A stretch of 64,000 nt of DNA, taken from a virus. Shown here piece after piece: positions 49,342 through 57,228 of the stretch; position 1 is the stretch's first letter, and each line of letters begins with the position of its first letter. Location of the stretch: positions 1-64,000 of the IMG/VR virus record IMGVR_UViG_3300037478_000449; one strand, given 5' to 3'. A model generated the notes under the pieces. That model saw nothing but the letters and a program-made list of their open reading frames with translations. It searched no databases and was not told where the DNA came from. Position numbers and translations under genes: made by a program.

Positions 49342-50427
49342 TCAAGGGGTGCACCCTTGCCACGGGATCGCGGGTGCCGGGGTGTGCGAGGGCGGGGTCA
49401 GCGCTCGCCGCATCAACGCCAGTTGCCGGCCCCAGGTGGCGCCGGTCCGCTGCGCCACCAGCCATCGTGCCTGCAAGCGGGCCGTCTCACGCTCAGCGGC
49501 CAGCCGCCGGTGGACCTCCCCCTCCAGCCAGCCCTGCCCGTTGCCGGCCTCGTGCTGGCCGTGCCGCCAGCGGGCCAGATACAGAGCGGCCCACCCGCGT
49601 ACGGTCTCCCACCGGGCACCGGCCGCGCCGCGTACGGCCCGGCCCAGCCGGGCCATGCCGAGCCCGGCGAGCACCAGCCCGGCGAGCAGCGGCAGCGGCA
49701 GCACCCCCACGGCGCAGGTGGCCAGTGCCCAGCCGGCGGTGGCCAGCCGGGCGGTGACCGTAGGCCGGGTGTCGGCCCGACCCGCCGCAGTCTGGGCCAG
49801 CGCCTGAGCGGCCAGCCGCAGCAGCGGCCGGGGCATCACCCCCAGCTCCCACGCCGCCGGCTGGGTCGCCGGTCCCCACTCGTAGCGGGCTCCGAGCACC
49901 GCCGCGTACCGGGCCGGCTCCGGGGCGGGTGGCGGTGCGGGTGGGGTGGGGCCGTCCGGCGGACCGTCGTCACCGTCCGGACCGTCACCGTCCGGCCCGT
50001 CGTCGTCGGTCGGGAGAACGTCGTATGCGCCATCGTCGGGAGTTCGAGGCCCTCCCGCTGGCCTAATCAGGGTCACAGCGTCGGCCCGGATCTGGTCCAG
50101 GTCACCCAACGCCCGGTCCAGCAGCGGCGACCGGCGGACCGTAGCATCCGCGGCCGGCACAGCGGGCATCACCGCCGTAGCCCGCGGCTCAACCATCTCC
50201 GGCACTGCCGGTGGTGGCCACAGGCTGGCCGGTCCGACCGGCACCCTACCCACCACCGCCGGCCGGGCAGGTGGGGTGAACTCGTCCAACCGCACCCGGC
50301 CGCCCGGCTGGCGGCCGGTCCGGGCGGCCGCCCAGCCAGCGGCCCAGCACACCACCGACACCAGCAGCACCGCTCCGGCGAACACCAGCCACGGCGCGGT
50401 CACCGGCTGCGTCACAAACTCCCACAC
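49342..50427 (-). CDS. Membrane protein with Pro/Asp-rich linker
   Basis: N-terminal TM, DGPDGD repeats, second hydrophobic hairpin. Confidence 0.55.
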   Translation of the reverse strand: MWEFVTQPVTAPWLVFAGAVLLVSVVCWAAGWAAARTGRQPGGRVRLDEFTPPARPAVVGRVPVGPASLWPPPAVPEMVEPRATAVMPAVPAADATVRRSPLLDRALGDLDQIRADAVTLIRPAGGPRTPDDGAYDVLPTDDDGPDGDGPDGDDGPPDGPTPPAPPPAPEPARYAAVLGARYEWGPATQPAAWELGVMPRPLLRLAAQALAQTAAGRADTRPTVTARLATAGWALATCAVGVLPLPLLAGLVLAGLGMARLGRAVRGAAGARWETVRGWAALYLARWRHGQHEAGNGQGWLEGEVHRRLAAERETARLQARWLVAQRTGATWGRQLALMRRALTPPSHTPAPAIPWQGCTP

Positions 50428-50709
50428 GGTCCTACTCCTCTCCGGGAACCAGGTACAGGTCGGCGGCGGCGAGCTGCCGGCCGTGTTCGGCCACGCCGCC
50501 CAGCTGGGCGCCGATCGAGGCGAACTCGGCGGCGACGAACGCCGCCGACGGGCGGGGTCGGGCGACCCGGGCCAACGCCCGGGTCACGTCCGCCCACTGC
50601 GCATCCGTGTCCGGGTCGGGCTCGGCCAGCCGGGCGAACACCCGCGTCCAGTCGACCTTCCGGGCGGCCCGCCGTGCCCGGACCCGCCGGGCAACACAGC
50701 CCACCACGC

Positions 50710-51384
50710 TCACCGGTCCCACCGGCCCACCCGCAGCTCGGCCACAAACCCGGCCCAGTCGGCAGGCTCGGCAGGCGACACCACCCCCGGCCGAGTGCTG
50801 GACTCGCTCTGGCGGGACCTCGCGCGATGGCGCGCCCGAGCTACACCCGCGCCCCGCCGGACGTTCACTGAACCCGTGACTGGTTCCAGGTGGTCAGGGT
50901 TAACGCAGGCACGGTTGCGGCAGACGTGATCGAGTTCAAGGTCGGCGGGTATCGCGCCCACCAAGTGCTGCCAGCTCCACCGGTGCGCCAGTGCGGCCGA
51001 GACGTTCGGGTCGTTGCTGTAGCGGTACGAGCCGTAGCCGCCATCTGTGCGTGCGCCGGTCCAGACCCAGCAGTCAGCGACATCGACCCGCGCCCAGAAA
51101 CGCTCCTCGGCCGGTTGCCCTGCCAGGTGCAGACGGACGTTCGCGTCAGCATCCCCACGCCGCTTCCATCGCTGGTAGTGCATGTTGCAGTAAGTCCTCG
51201 CGTACTGCGGCCGGTCGCAAGGGTCCACGGTGCACGGGGCTGGCGGCCGTCGGGACGATTCGCGGATAGTCCAGACAACAGTCGGGTCCCCGTTCTTGCG
51301 CCAGCGTGAGTAGTGGGTGATGCACAAGCCCCGCGCCCGGGAAGGCTGGAGGCAGGCAGCCTCCGATGGAACACGGCGCATCAC
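50710..51384 (-). CDS. HNH endonuclease (HNH_3-like), 5' end frameshifted
   Basis: CWVWTG...GYG...AHRWSW...LDHVCRNRACVNPDHLEPVT..N. Confidence 0.85.
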   Translation of the reverse strand: MMRRVPSEAACLQPSRARGLCITHYSRWRKNGDPTVVWTIRESSRRPPAPCTVDPCDRPQYARTYCNMHYQRWKRRGDADANVRLHLAGQPAEERFWARVDVADCWVWTGARTDGGYGSYRYSNDPNVSAALAHRWSWQHLVGAIPADLELDHVCRNRACVNPDHLEPVTGSVNVRRGAGVARARHRARSRQSESSTRPGVVSPAEPADWAGFVAELRVGRWDR

Positions 51385-51526
51385 CTATGCCGGCGGCTCG
51401 CCGGGCCTTGACCTTCTCCCACGTGGTGACTTCCATCCCCCGCCTCCCTGTCCTTTCTGGTCCGGTCGTCCAGCCCCGTCCACCCGCACCCCCCGGCGGC
51501 GGGTGGGCGAGACTCGACGGCCGGGC

Positions 51527-52450
51527 CTACTCGGCCAGTCCGCCCAGCAGCGCGTTGCGGCGACGCCGCTGCCACCACATCGGCAGCACCACCGCGGCGG
51601 TCCCCAGCGCCACCAGCCCGCCGCCGACCGCCGCAGCGGTCTGCACCGGGGAGCCGGTCACCGGCAGCGACTCGCTACCGTCTGCCGAACCGCCGCCACC
51701 CGGAGCGCCAGGCTCACCCGGGTCACCCGGTTCGCCGGGGCAGCCGTTAACCGGGTTCACAACCAGCTCCCACTGCGTGGTCGCGTCGCCCGGGAAGGCG
51801 TAGCCCGGTGCCGGGCTCGCCGTCACCGGGTAGGTGCCAGGTGGAACCGGCCCGGACGTGGCGTCGTAGACCACCCCGTCCTGGGTCGGGATCACCAGCT
51901 CGCCCGCGTCCGTTCCGGTGGCGCACTCGAACTGGGCAACGCTCGGCTCCTCCGGGGTGACACAGCCGGCCACCCGGAACGCCTTCCACTGCCCCTCGCC
52001 GATGAACGGGTTGCCGTCCAGCTGCTCCGGCCCGAACACGGTCCACTCGAACCCGCCAACCTCCGCCCCGTAGGCGTTGATCGCCACCTTGAACGCGTCG
52101 TTGGTCAGCCCGCCGTCGGTGGCCGGATGCCCGACCCACAACGGGTAGTCCAAGTCCCGCTCGCCGCCGCCGAACAGACGCCACTGCACCACCGTCGGCG
52201 CGTCGAACGGGCCGACCTCCACCGACGCGCCCAGCGACTCCGACACCGCCGTCTGCCCGTTGGCGGACGCGACGATGAACGCCTCGACCTCGGTGCTGAT
52301 CTTCACCGGCCCGCACGGTGCGTACGTCCGGTCGATCTGCACTGGCTGCCGGACCATCTCCTGCGCCTGCGCCGGGCTGCCGCCGAGCAGCAGCCCGGTT
52401 CCCGCCAGTGCCAGCACCGCTACGGCACCGGCCAGTCTCTTGTAGGTCAC
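51527..52450 (-). CDS. Secreted LPxTG sortase-anchored surface protein
   Basis: Signal peptide ...PAQAQ; LPVTG + TM helix + RRRR tail. Confidence 0.8.
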   Translation of the reverse strand: MTYKRLAGAVAVLALAGTGLLLGGSPAQAQEMVRQPVQIDRTYAPCGPVKISTEVEAFIVASANGQTAVSESLGASVEVGPFDAPTVVQWRLFGGGERDLDYPLWVGHPATDGGLTNDAFKVAINAYGAEVGGFEWTVFGPEQLDGNPFIGEGQWKAFRVAGCVTPEEPSVAQFECATGTDAGELVIPTQDGVVYDATSGPVPPGTYPVTASPAPGYAFPGDATTQWELVVNPVNGCPGEPGDPGEPGAPGGGGSADGSESLPVTGSPVQTAAAVGGGLVALGTAAVVLPMWWQRRRRNALLGGLAE

Positions 52451-52466
52451 TACCTCATCCCTTCGT

Positions 52467-52492
52467 CCCCGCCGGCGCGGTGCCGGCGGAAG
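52467..52492 (-). terminator. GC-rich hairpin closing tract 5
   Basis: CCGCCGGC-ACCGC-GCCGGCGG immediately 3' of the repeat tract. Confidence 0.5.
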
Positions 52493-52577
52493 TTTCCGCG
52501 CCTTGCCAAGCCACGCCCGACCTGGCCACACATCGGCTCGCCCGGCCACGCCTGGCCGTACCGCGCCATGCAGCGCA
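52493..52577 (-). ncRNA. GGY-NN pentamer tract 5 (17 units), putative guide RNA
   Basis: TGCGC TGCAT GGCGC GGTAC GGCCA GGCGT GGCCG GGCGA GCCGA TGTGT GGCCA GGTCG GGCGT GGCTT GGCAA GGCGC GGAAA. Starts 1 nt after the ParB stop. Confidence 0.7.
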
Positions 52578-52578
52578 T

Positions 52579-53256
52579 CTAGGCGGCCGCCTCAAGCTCG
52601 CCGAACCGGCCGGTCAGCAGCGCCTGGACTTCCCGCAGCGCGGTAACGGTCGCCTCGTCAGTCCAGTCGCACACGTCACCTTCGATCGCCTGAATGATCT
52701 GCTCGGCGTGGAAACGCACTGACCAGCCCGAGGAACGGCGGTTGGCGCGTTCCTGCCGTTCGGTCAGCCGCTGGCCGGCGAGGTGCCGCAGCGGGCGCTT
52801 GATCGGCAGCGGCTTCCCGTCGTGGTCGTAGGCGGTCTTCGCGGCCTTTAGCTTCCCGAGCACGTCCACGTCGACCGCGAGCGCGCCTGCGATCCGGTCC
52901 ACGTCCAAGCCAAGCTCGGTGCCGATCTGCACGCAGCGGGACCGGTCGAACGGGTTCAGCTTCACGCCATGGCGGGCGTTGCGCCGCATGGCGTCCTCGA
53001 ACAGTTCCGCGTCCGACTCGTAGTCGACCAGCTCCACGGCGATGACCGCCTCGGTGTCACGCCGCAGGTACGCCGCAACCCGGTGGAAGCCGTCCACCAC
53101 CCGAAGCGTGGACCGCTCAGCCACCACCGGCGGGGGTTCCTCCCCGGCGTCTAGCGAGTTGGCGATCCCCCTGACGTTCACGTCGTCCAGGTGGTGCCTG
53201 GGGTACAGCTTGTAGTCCAGAACCAGCTTGGCCGCTGGGATCTGCTTCGTTCTCAC
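52579..53256 (-). CDS. ParB/Srx N-terminal-domain protein
   Basis: YPR...PPVV...VVDGFHRVAA...NARHG..L. Confidence 0.85.
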   Translation of the reverse strand: MRTKQIPAAKLVLDYKLYPRHHLDDVNVRGIANSLDAGEEPPPVVAERSTLRVVDGFHRVAAYLRRDTEAVIAVELVDYESDAELFEDAMRRNARHGVKLNPFDRSRCVQIGTELGLDVDRIAGALAVDVDVLGKLKAAKTAYDHDGKPLPIKRPLRHLAGQRLTERQERANRRSSGWSVRFHAEQIIQAIEGDVCDWTDEATVTALREVQALLTGRFGELEAAA

Positions 53257-53350
53257 GTGCTCACGCCTTCCACTTGTAGGTGTCCTTGCCCTGCCACACC
53301 CCGCCGTGCGACGCCGTGGGTCGCCCGGCCAAGCCCCGCCATGTCTTGCG

Positions 53351-53393
53351 TGGGCGCCGAGGGCTCGAACCTCGGGTGCCTGCCGGTCGCCCA
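53351..53393 (-). ncRNA. tRNA-like mini-structure 3
   Basis: TGGGCG...CCGAGG-TTCGAGC-CCTCGG-CGCCCA: acceptor-like stem plus T-arm, no anticodon arm. Confidence 0.7.
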
Positions 53394-53475
53394 AACCCTT
53401 GCGCTGCCCCGCGTTGCCCGGCCGGGCCTCGCCATGCCCAGCAGCGCCTCGCATCGCCGCGACGTGCCGCGAACG

Positions 53476-53518
53476 TGAGCGCCGCAGGAGTCGAACCTGC
53501 GATACGACCGTCCGCCCG
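53476..53518 (-). ncRNA. tRNA-like mini-structure 2
   Basis: GGGCG-GACGGTCGTAT-CGCAGG-TTCGACT-CCTGCG-G-CGCTC. Confidence 0.7.
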
Positions 53519-53605
53519 GTTTGCCCTCGCCTTGCCACGCCGTGCCAGGCCCTGCGCAGCCGAGCCGAGCCTCGCCCCGCACAGCCCTGCCGCGCCTGGG
53601 TTCGG

Positions 53606-53649
53606 CGAGCGCCAGGGGAGTCGAACCCCCGGTTACGACCATCCGCTCA
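53606..53649 (-). ncRNA. tRNA-like mini-structure 1
   Basis: TGAGCG-GATGGTCGTAA-CCGGGGG-TTCGACT-CCCCTGG-CGCTCG. Confidence 0.7.
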
Positions 53650-53759
53650 ACCATCGGCCTACTCCTCGCCTCGCCAAACCCCGCCCAGCCATGCCGCACC
53701 TGGCGTCGCCGCACCGGGCTAGGCCGGGCCGCGCCGGGCCAAGACTCGTTTGGTGTGCC

Positions 53760-54296
53760 TCATGGCAGGACCTTGAACCGTCCGAAGGGGCCAGACTTCT
53801 CCGGTCGGTAATCACCGACACCAACGGTCCGGCCGCCGATCTCCAGCAGCTCCCGAACCTGCTTCTCCGGTATGAAGTCCGTGTCCACCTCAAACCTCAC
53901 CGTCGCCGCCCACTCGGGCACCTTCGCCCGGCTCCGGGTCACCCCGTTTCGCTGGACGACCGCCCGCCGGGTGTCGATCTCGTATTCCTTGACCGGCTCA
54001 CCGTTGAGGATCAGCAGCGTCTGCTCATCGGCTGCGAACACCGCACCCTTGATGACCGACGTAGCAGCCGTCTTGCCGATCCGCCGGCCCTTCGCCGCCG
54101 ACACCAGGCAGCCACGGAACGCCTCCGACGGCAGGAACAGCTGCCCCGTAGCGCTGCGGTACACCGACCGCTCAGCCTCAACCTCGGCCGTTGGGATGTT
54201 CTTCCTCCCGAGCTTGTCCGACGGTGCCTGCATCCCAGCCGGGTTGTTCATCAGGACCGGCTTGATGCTCTGAATCTCGATCTCGATCAGTTCCAC
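53760..54296 (-). CDS. Stand-alone Cas7/RAMP-like protein
   Basis: N-terminal beta strand + PVLM, LFLPSEAFRGCL (cf. RAMP IPGSSxKG), C-terminal Gly-rich loop GVGDYRPEKSGPFGRFKV. Strong RBS. Confidence 0.7.
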   Translation of the reverse strand: MELIEIEIQSIKPVLMNNPAGMQAPSDKLGRKNIPTAEVEAERSVYRSATGQLFLPSEAFRGCLVSAAKGRRIGKTAATSVIKGAVFAADEQTLLILNGEPVKEYEIDTRRAVVQRNGVTRSRAKVPEWAATVRFEVDTDFIPEKQVRELLEIGGRTVGVGDYRPEKSGPFGRFKVLP

Positions 54297-54729
54297 CTAG
54301 ATCCCCTCCTCCGTTGCCTTGCCCCCGCACGTCGTCTCCGTCGGCCAGCACCCACCGGCGCACAGCCGCCCCTCAGTCACAGCCACCGCCGCCGGGCTGG
54401 TCGGGAACTCGACCAGCCCCGCCCCGCACACCGCCCGCACCGGCCAGCCGGGTACCCGCTGGTGAGCGGTAGCCCCCCACCCGGTGTGATCTGTCCACAC
54501 CGGAGCCCTCTCCGGCAGGTCCGACAGGTGCCGCACCGGAGGCGCCGGATGCAGGCGTCGCAGCTCCGCCGCGGTCACGTCCGCCACCACCGCAGCGCCG
54601 CAAGCCGGGCCAAAGCCCGCCGCCGATGCGCCGGTGAATGGGCCAGCAGCCGGGAAGTGGCCACCAGCCGGGCGTGGATGACCGCATCCCGCCGGGCCTG
54701 CGCCTCAGGAGACAACCGCCGCCGGCCGG

Positions 54730-57228
54730 TCACCGGGACACCTCGCCCAGGTCGAACAGGGTCGGCATCGACAGATTGGCCTCGGTCGCCTGGAGATACT
54801 TCACGCCATCCAGGAAGTAGCCCGGATTCAGCTCCACGGCTCGACCCTGCCGACCAAGCCGCAGCGCACGAACTGGCACCGTGAACAGCCCACCGAACGG
54901 GTCGAAGACCATCTCGCCCTCGTTGCTGTACCGGCGGATCAGCCGGTCAACGATGTCGAACTGCAACGGGCAGACGTGAAGCGCCTGTGCCCGGCGGGAC
55001 TGCTCGGTGTTTAGGGTCAGCATCCGGTTCACGTCGTGCCACACGTCCGGGTGGTGCGACCCGGGAGCGAGCGCCATGAACGTCGCCGGCAGCGCCCCCC
55101 GGCCTTCTAGCGCCTCGCCGATGCGGACGTGCGCCTCGTAGTCGTACACCTGCCGCAGGGTCTGCTCGGTGAACAGCCGGGACATCTGATCTGGCGGCAA
55201 CGCGGCCAGCTCGTCCGGGGTCAGGTACCGCTCGCCCGAGGAGCGCCAGAACGCATGCGCGTCTACCTGCCACCGGGAGCGGGTGTAGTCGTCCTTGGAC
55301 TTGGCAACCGGCACGTCTGCGTAGCCGCGGGTCCGGTCAGTCTGCGGCTTGTGGAACAGCAGGACGTACTCCGGGGAGCCGGCTCCCATCTTCGTCGCGT
55401 CCTTGCACTGCTCCGACCAGCCGAGCCGGTACGTCTGGTTGTTCTCCCGCACCACGTCCGTGACGACGGTGATCATGCCGAGGTAGTCGAAGCCGTGCCG
55501 GATGCCGTGGGCGATCGCCTCGGCGTGGAAGGGGGAGACGGTAGGGACTCCGGCGCCGGTGACGTTGCCGAACAGGATGCGGTCCTTGACGTGGCAGCAG
55601 TAGATGCGCCCGGGCCGTAGCACTCTCAGCAGCTCCGGCGTCAGGAAGTCCATCTGCGCCCAGAAGTGGCCGTTGTCGTCGGTGTGGCCGAAGTCCTCGT
55701 ACTGCGGGGTGTACTCGTAGTGGTTGGCGAACGGGATCGACGTGACGATCAGGTCGACCGACTCAGGCGCCATCGCCTTGGTTTCCAGTACGCAATCGTT
55801 GTTGGCGACCAGCCAACCCTTTCCGGCGGCCTCGATCCGGTCGACGCCGATCGAGCGGGTCAACGCCTGCGTGATGCCCTGCTGGTCAAGGCCGAACTCG
55901 CGAATGACCTCGGTCATGGTGCCGGTCAGCTCCTCGTGCTGTGCCCACTTGCGCCGCAGCGTGCGGACGACTTCGCGCTCCGATTCGGCGTGGATGATGT
56001 CGATGCGCACCCGCTTTGTTTGCAGGAAGCGGTGGATGCGGTGGACCGCCTGAATGAAGTCGTTGAACGAGAACGTGATCCCGACGAAGACCGCCCGGTG
56101 GCAGTGCCGCTGAAAGTTGCACCCGGAGCCGGACAGTTCCGGCTTCGTGGCTAGTAGCCGAAACCGCCCGTCGGAGAAGTCGATGATCCGCTGCTCCCGG
56201 ATGTCCAGGTCCAGCGACCCGTACACCTCCACAGCCTCCGGCAGCGCCCGCTTGATCGCCCGACGCTCATCCTCCAGGTCGTGCCACAGGATGAAGTGGT
56301 CACCCGGGGATGCGGCTACGATCTCAGCCGCCATCGCCACCCGCGCGTCCAGCGTGGACCGTTTCTCCCGAGCCGCGTCGGTCACACCCAGCGCGGCGCC
56401 CCGGAACAAGTGCCCCTGTCCGTCGCGGTCAACCGGTGCGTCTGAGTGGTCCACCGGAATCTCGTGATACATGACCTCGATGTCCGGCAGGTCGTATCCG
56501 GTGTCGTCGTATCCGAGGTCGCTCGGCTTCTGGAGGAACACGGCCCACGTGTTGAGCCACAGCCAGAACTCCCGCTGCTTGTGCGGGTAGAGCGTGAGGT
56601 GGTTGGCCTTGGTGGAGTCCCGCTGGAAGAACCGGGTCAGCGCCTGACCGGTGTCCATGATCCCGAGATAGCCGGCGTAGTGGATCAGCTCTTTATGCCG
56701 GTTCGGGCTTGGCGTGGCGGTGGCCAGGAACCGGTACTTAACCTCGTCGAACAGGGTCAGAAACGTCTGGTACGTCTTGGACCCGAACGAACGTAGCACC
56801 GACGCCTCGTCCAGGCTCACCGCGTCGAACAGGTTGGGGTCTAGCCGGCCGTCCCGCACCGACTCGTAGTTGGTCAGGTACAGACCCGGCCCGTCGACCT
56901 CAGCGGTCCAGCGGACGAACGACACGCCCATGTCGACCAGCGGGGCGTCCCTGGCGAACTCCTGCCGTACGCCGAGCGGGCAGACGATCAGCGCACGCCC
57001 GCCAGTCCTTGCAAGGATCAGCCGCATGATCTCCAGCTGTATGACGCTCTTGCCGAGCCCGAACGCGGCGAAGACAGCACGCCGGCCGCCGCGCACGGCC
57101 CAGCGCACGATCGCCCGCTGGTGCAGCATCAAGGCCGGGTGAACGTCAGCCTCGTTGACCTCGAATCCGTACGTCTGGCTGAAGTCGACCTTGGCGGCCA
57201 GGAAATCGGTGTAGCTGTTCGCGCTCAC
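54730..57228 (-). CDS. SNF2-like helicase fused to a beta-class N4/N6 DNA methyltransferase
   Basis: FGLGKS, LDEAS, ATATPSPN, QAVHRIHRF; then DLIVTSIPF and VFDPFGG. Confidence 0.9.
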   Translation of the reverse strand: MSANSYTDFLAAKVDFSQTYGFEVNEADVHPALMLHQRAIVRWAVRGGRRAVFAAFGLGKSVIQLEIMRLILARTGGRALIVCPLGVRQEFARDAPLVDMGVSFVRWTAEVDGPGLYLTNYESVRDGRLDPNLFDAVSLDEASVLRSFGSKTYQTFLTLFDEVKYRFLATATPSPNRHKELIHYAGYLGIMDTGQALTRFFQRDSTKANHLTLYPHKQREFWLWLNTWAVFLQKPSDLGYDDTGYDLPDIEVMYHEIPVDHSDAPVDRDGQGHLFRGAALGVTDAAREKRSTLDARVAMAAEIVAASPGDHFILWHDLEDERRAIKRALPEAVEVYGSLDLDIREQRIIDFSDGRFRLLATKPELSGSGCNFQRHCHRAVFVGITFSFNDFIQAVHRIHRFLQTKRVRIDIIHAESEREVVRTLRRKWAQHEELTGTMTEVIREFGLDQQGITQALTRSIGVDRIEAAGKGWLVANNDCVLETKAMAPESVDLIVTSIPFANHYEYTPQYEDFGHTDDNGHFWAQMDFLTPELLRVLRPGRIYCCHVKDRILFGNVTGAGVPTVSPFHAEAIAHGIRHGFDYLGMITVVTDVVRENNQTYRLGWSEQCKDATKMGAGSPEYVLLFHKPQTDRTRGYADVPVAKSKDDYTRSRWQVDAHAFWRSSGERYLTPDELAALPPDQMSRLFTEQTLRQVYDYEAHVRIGEALEGRGALPATFMALAPGSHHPDVWHDVNRMLTLNTEQSRRAQALHVCPLQFDIVDRLIRRYSNEGEMVFDPFGGLFTVPVRALRLGRQGRAVELNPGYFLDGVKYLQATEANLSMPTLFDLGEVSR

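Larger units (their letters stand above)
53281..53745 (-). ncRNA. Array of four GGY-NN tracts (53661-53745, 53527-53596, 53399-53473, 53281-53350) separated by tRNA-like modules
   Basis: Strict 5-nt phase in each tract (17, 14, 15, 14 units). Non-coding gap between the RAMP-like and ParB genes. Confidence 0.75.

Noticed and set aside
53351-53649. True tRNA genes or attP tRNA remnants
   Set aside because: Only ~43 nt with no anticodon arm. Three diverged, regularly spaced copies far from the (serine) integrase.
53253-53714. 153-aa ORF over the array and 5' extension of ParB to 53538
   Set aside because: Low-complexity G/A/R translation is a by-product of the pentamer repeats; 5-nt phase is inconsistent with coding.
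53281-53745. Canonical CRISPR array
   Set aside because: No identical 25-45-bp repeats with unique spacers; the periodicity is 5 nt. No cas1/cas2.
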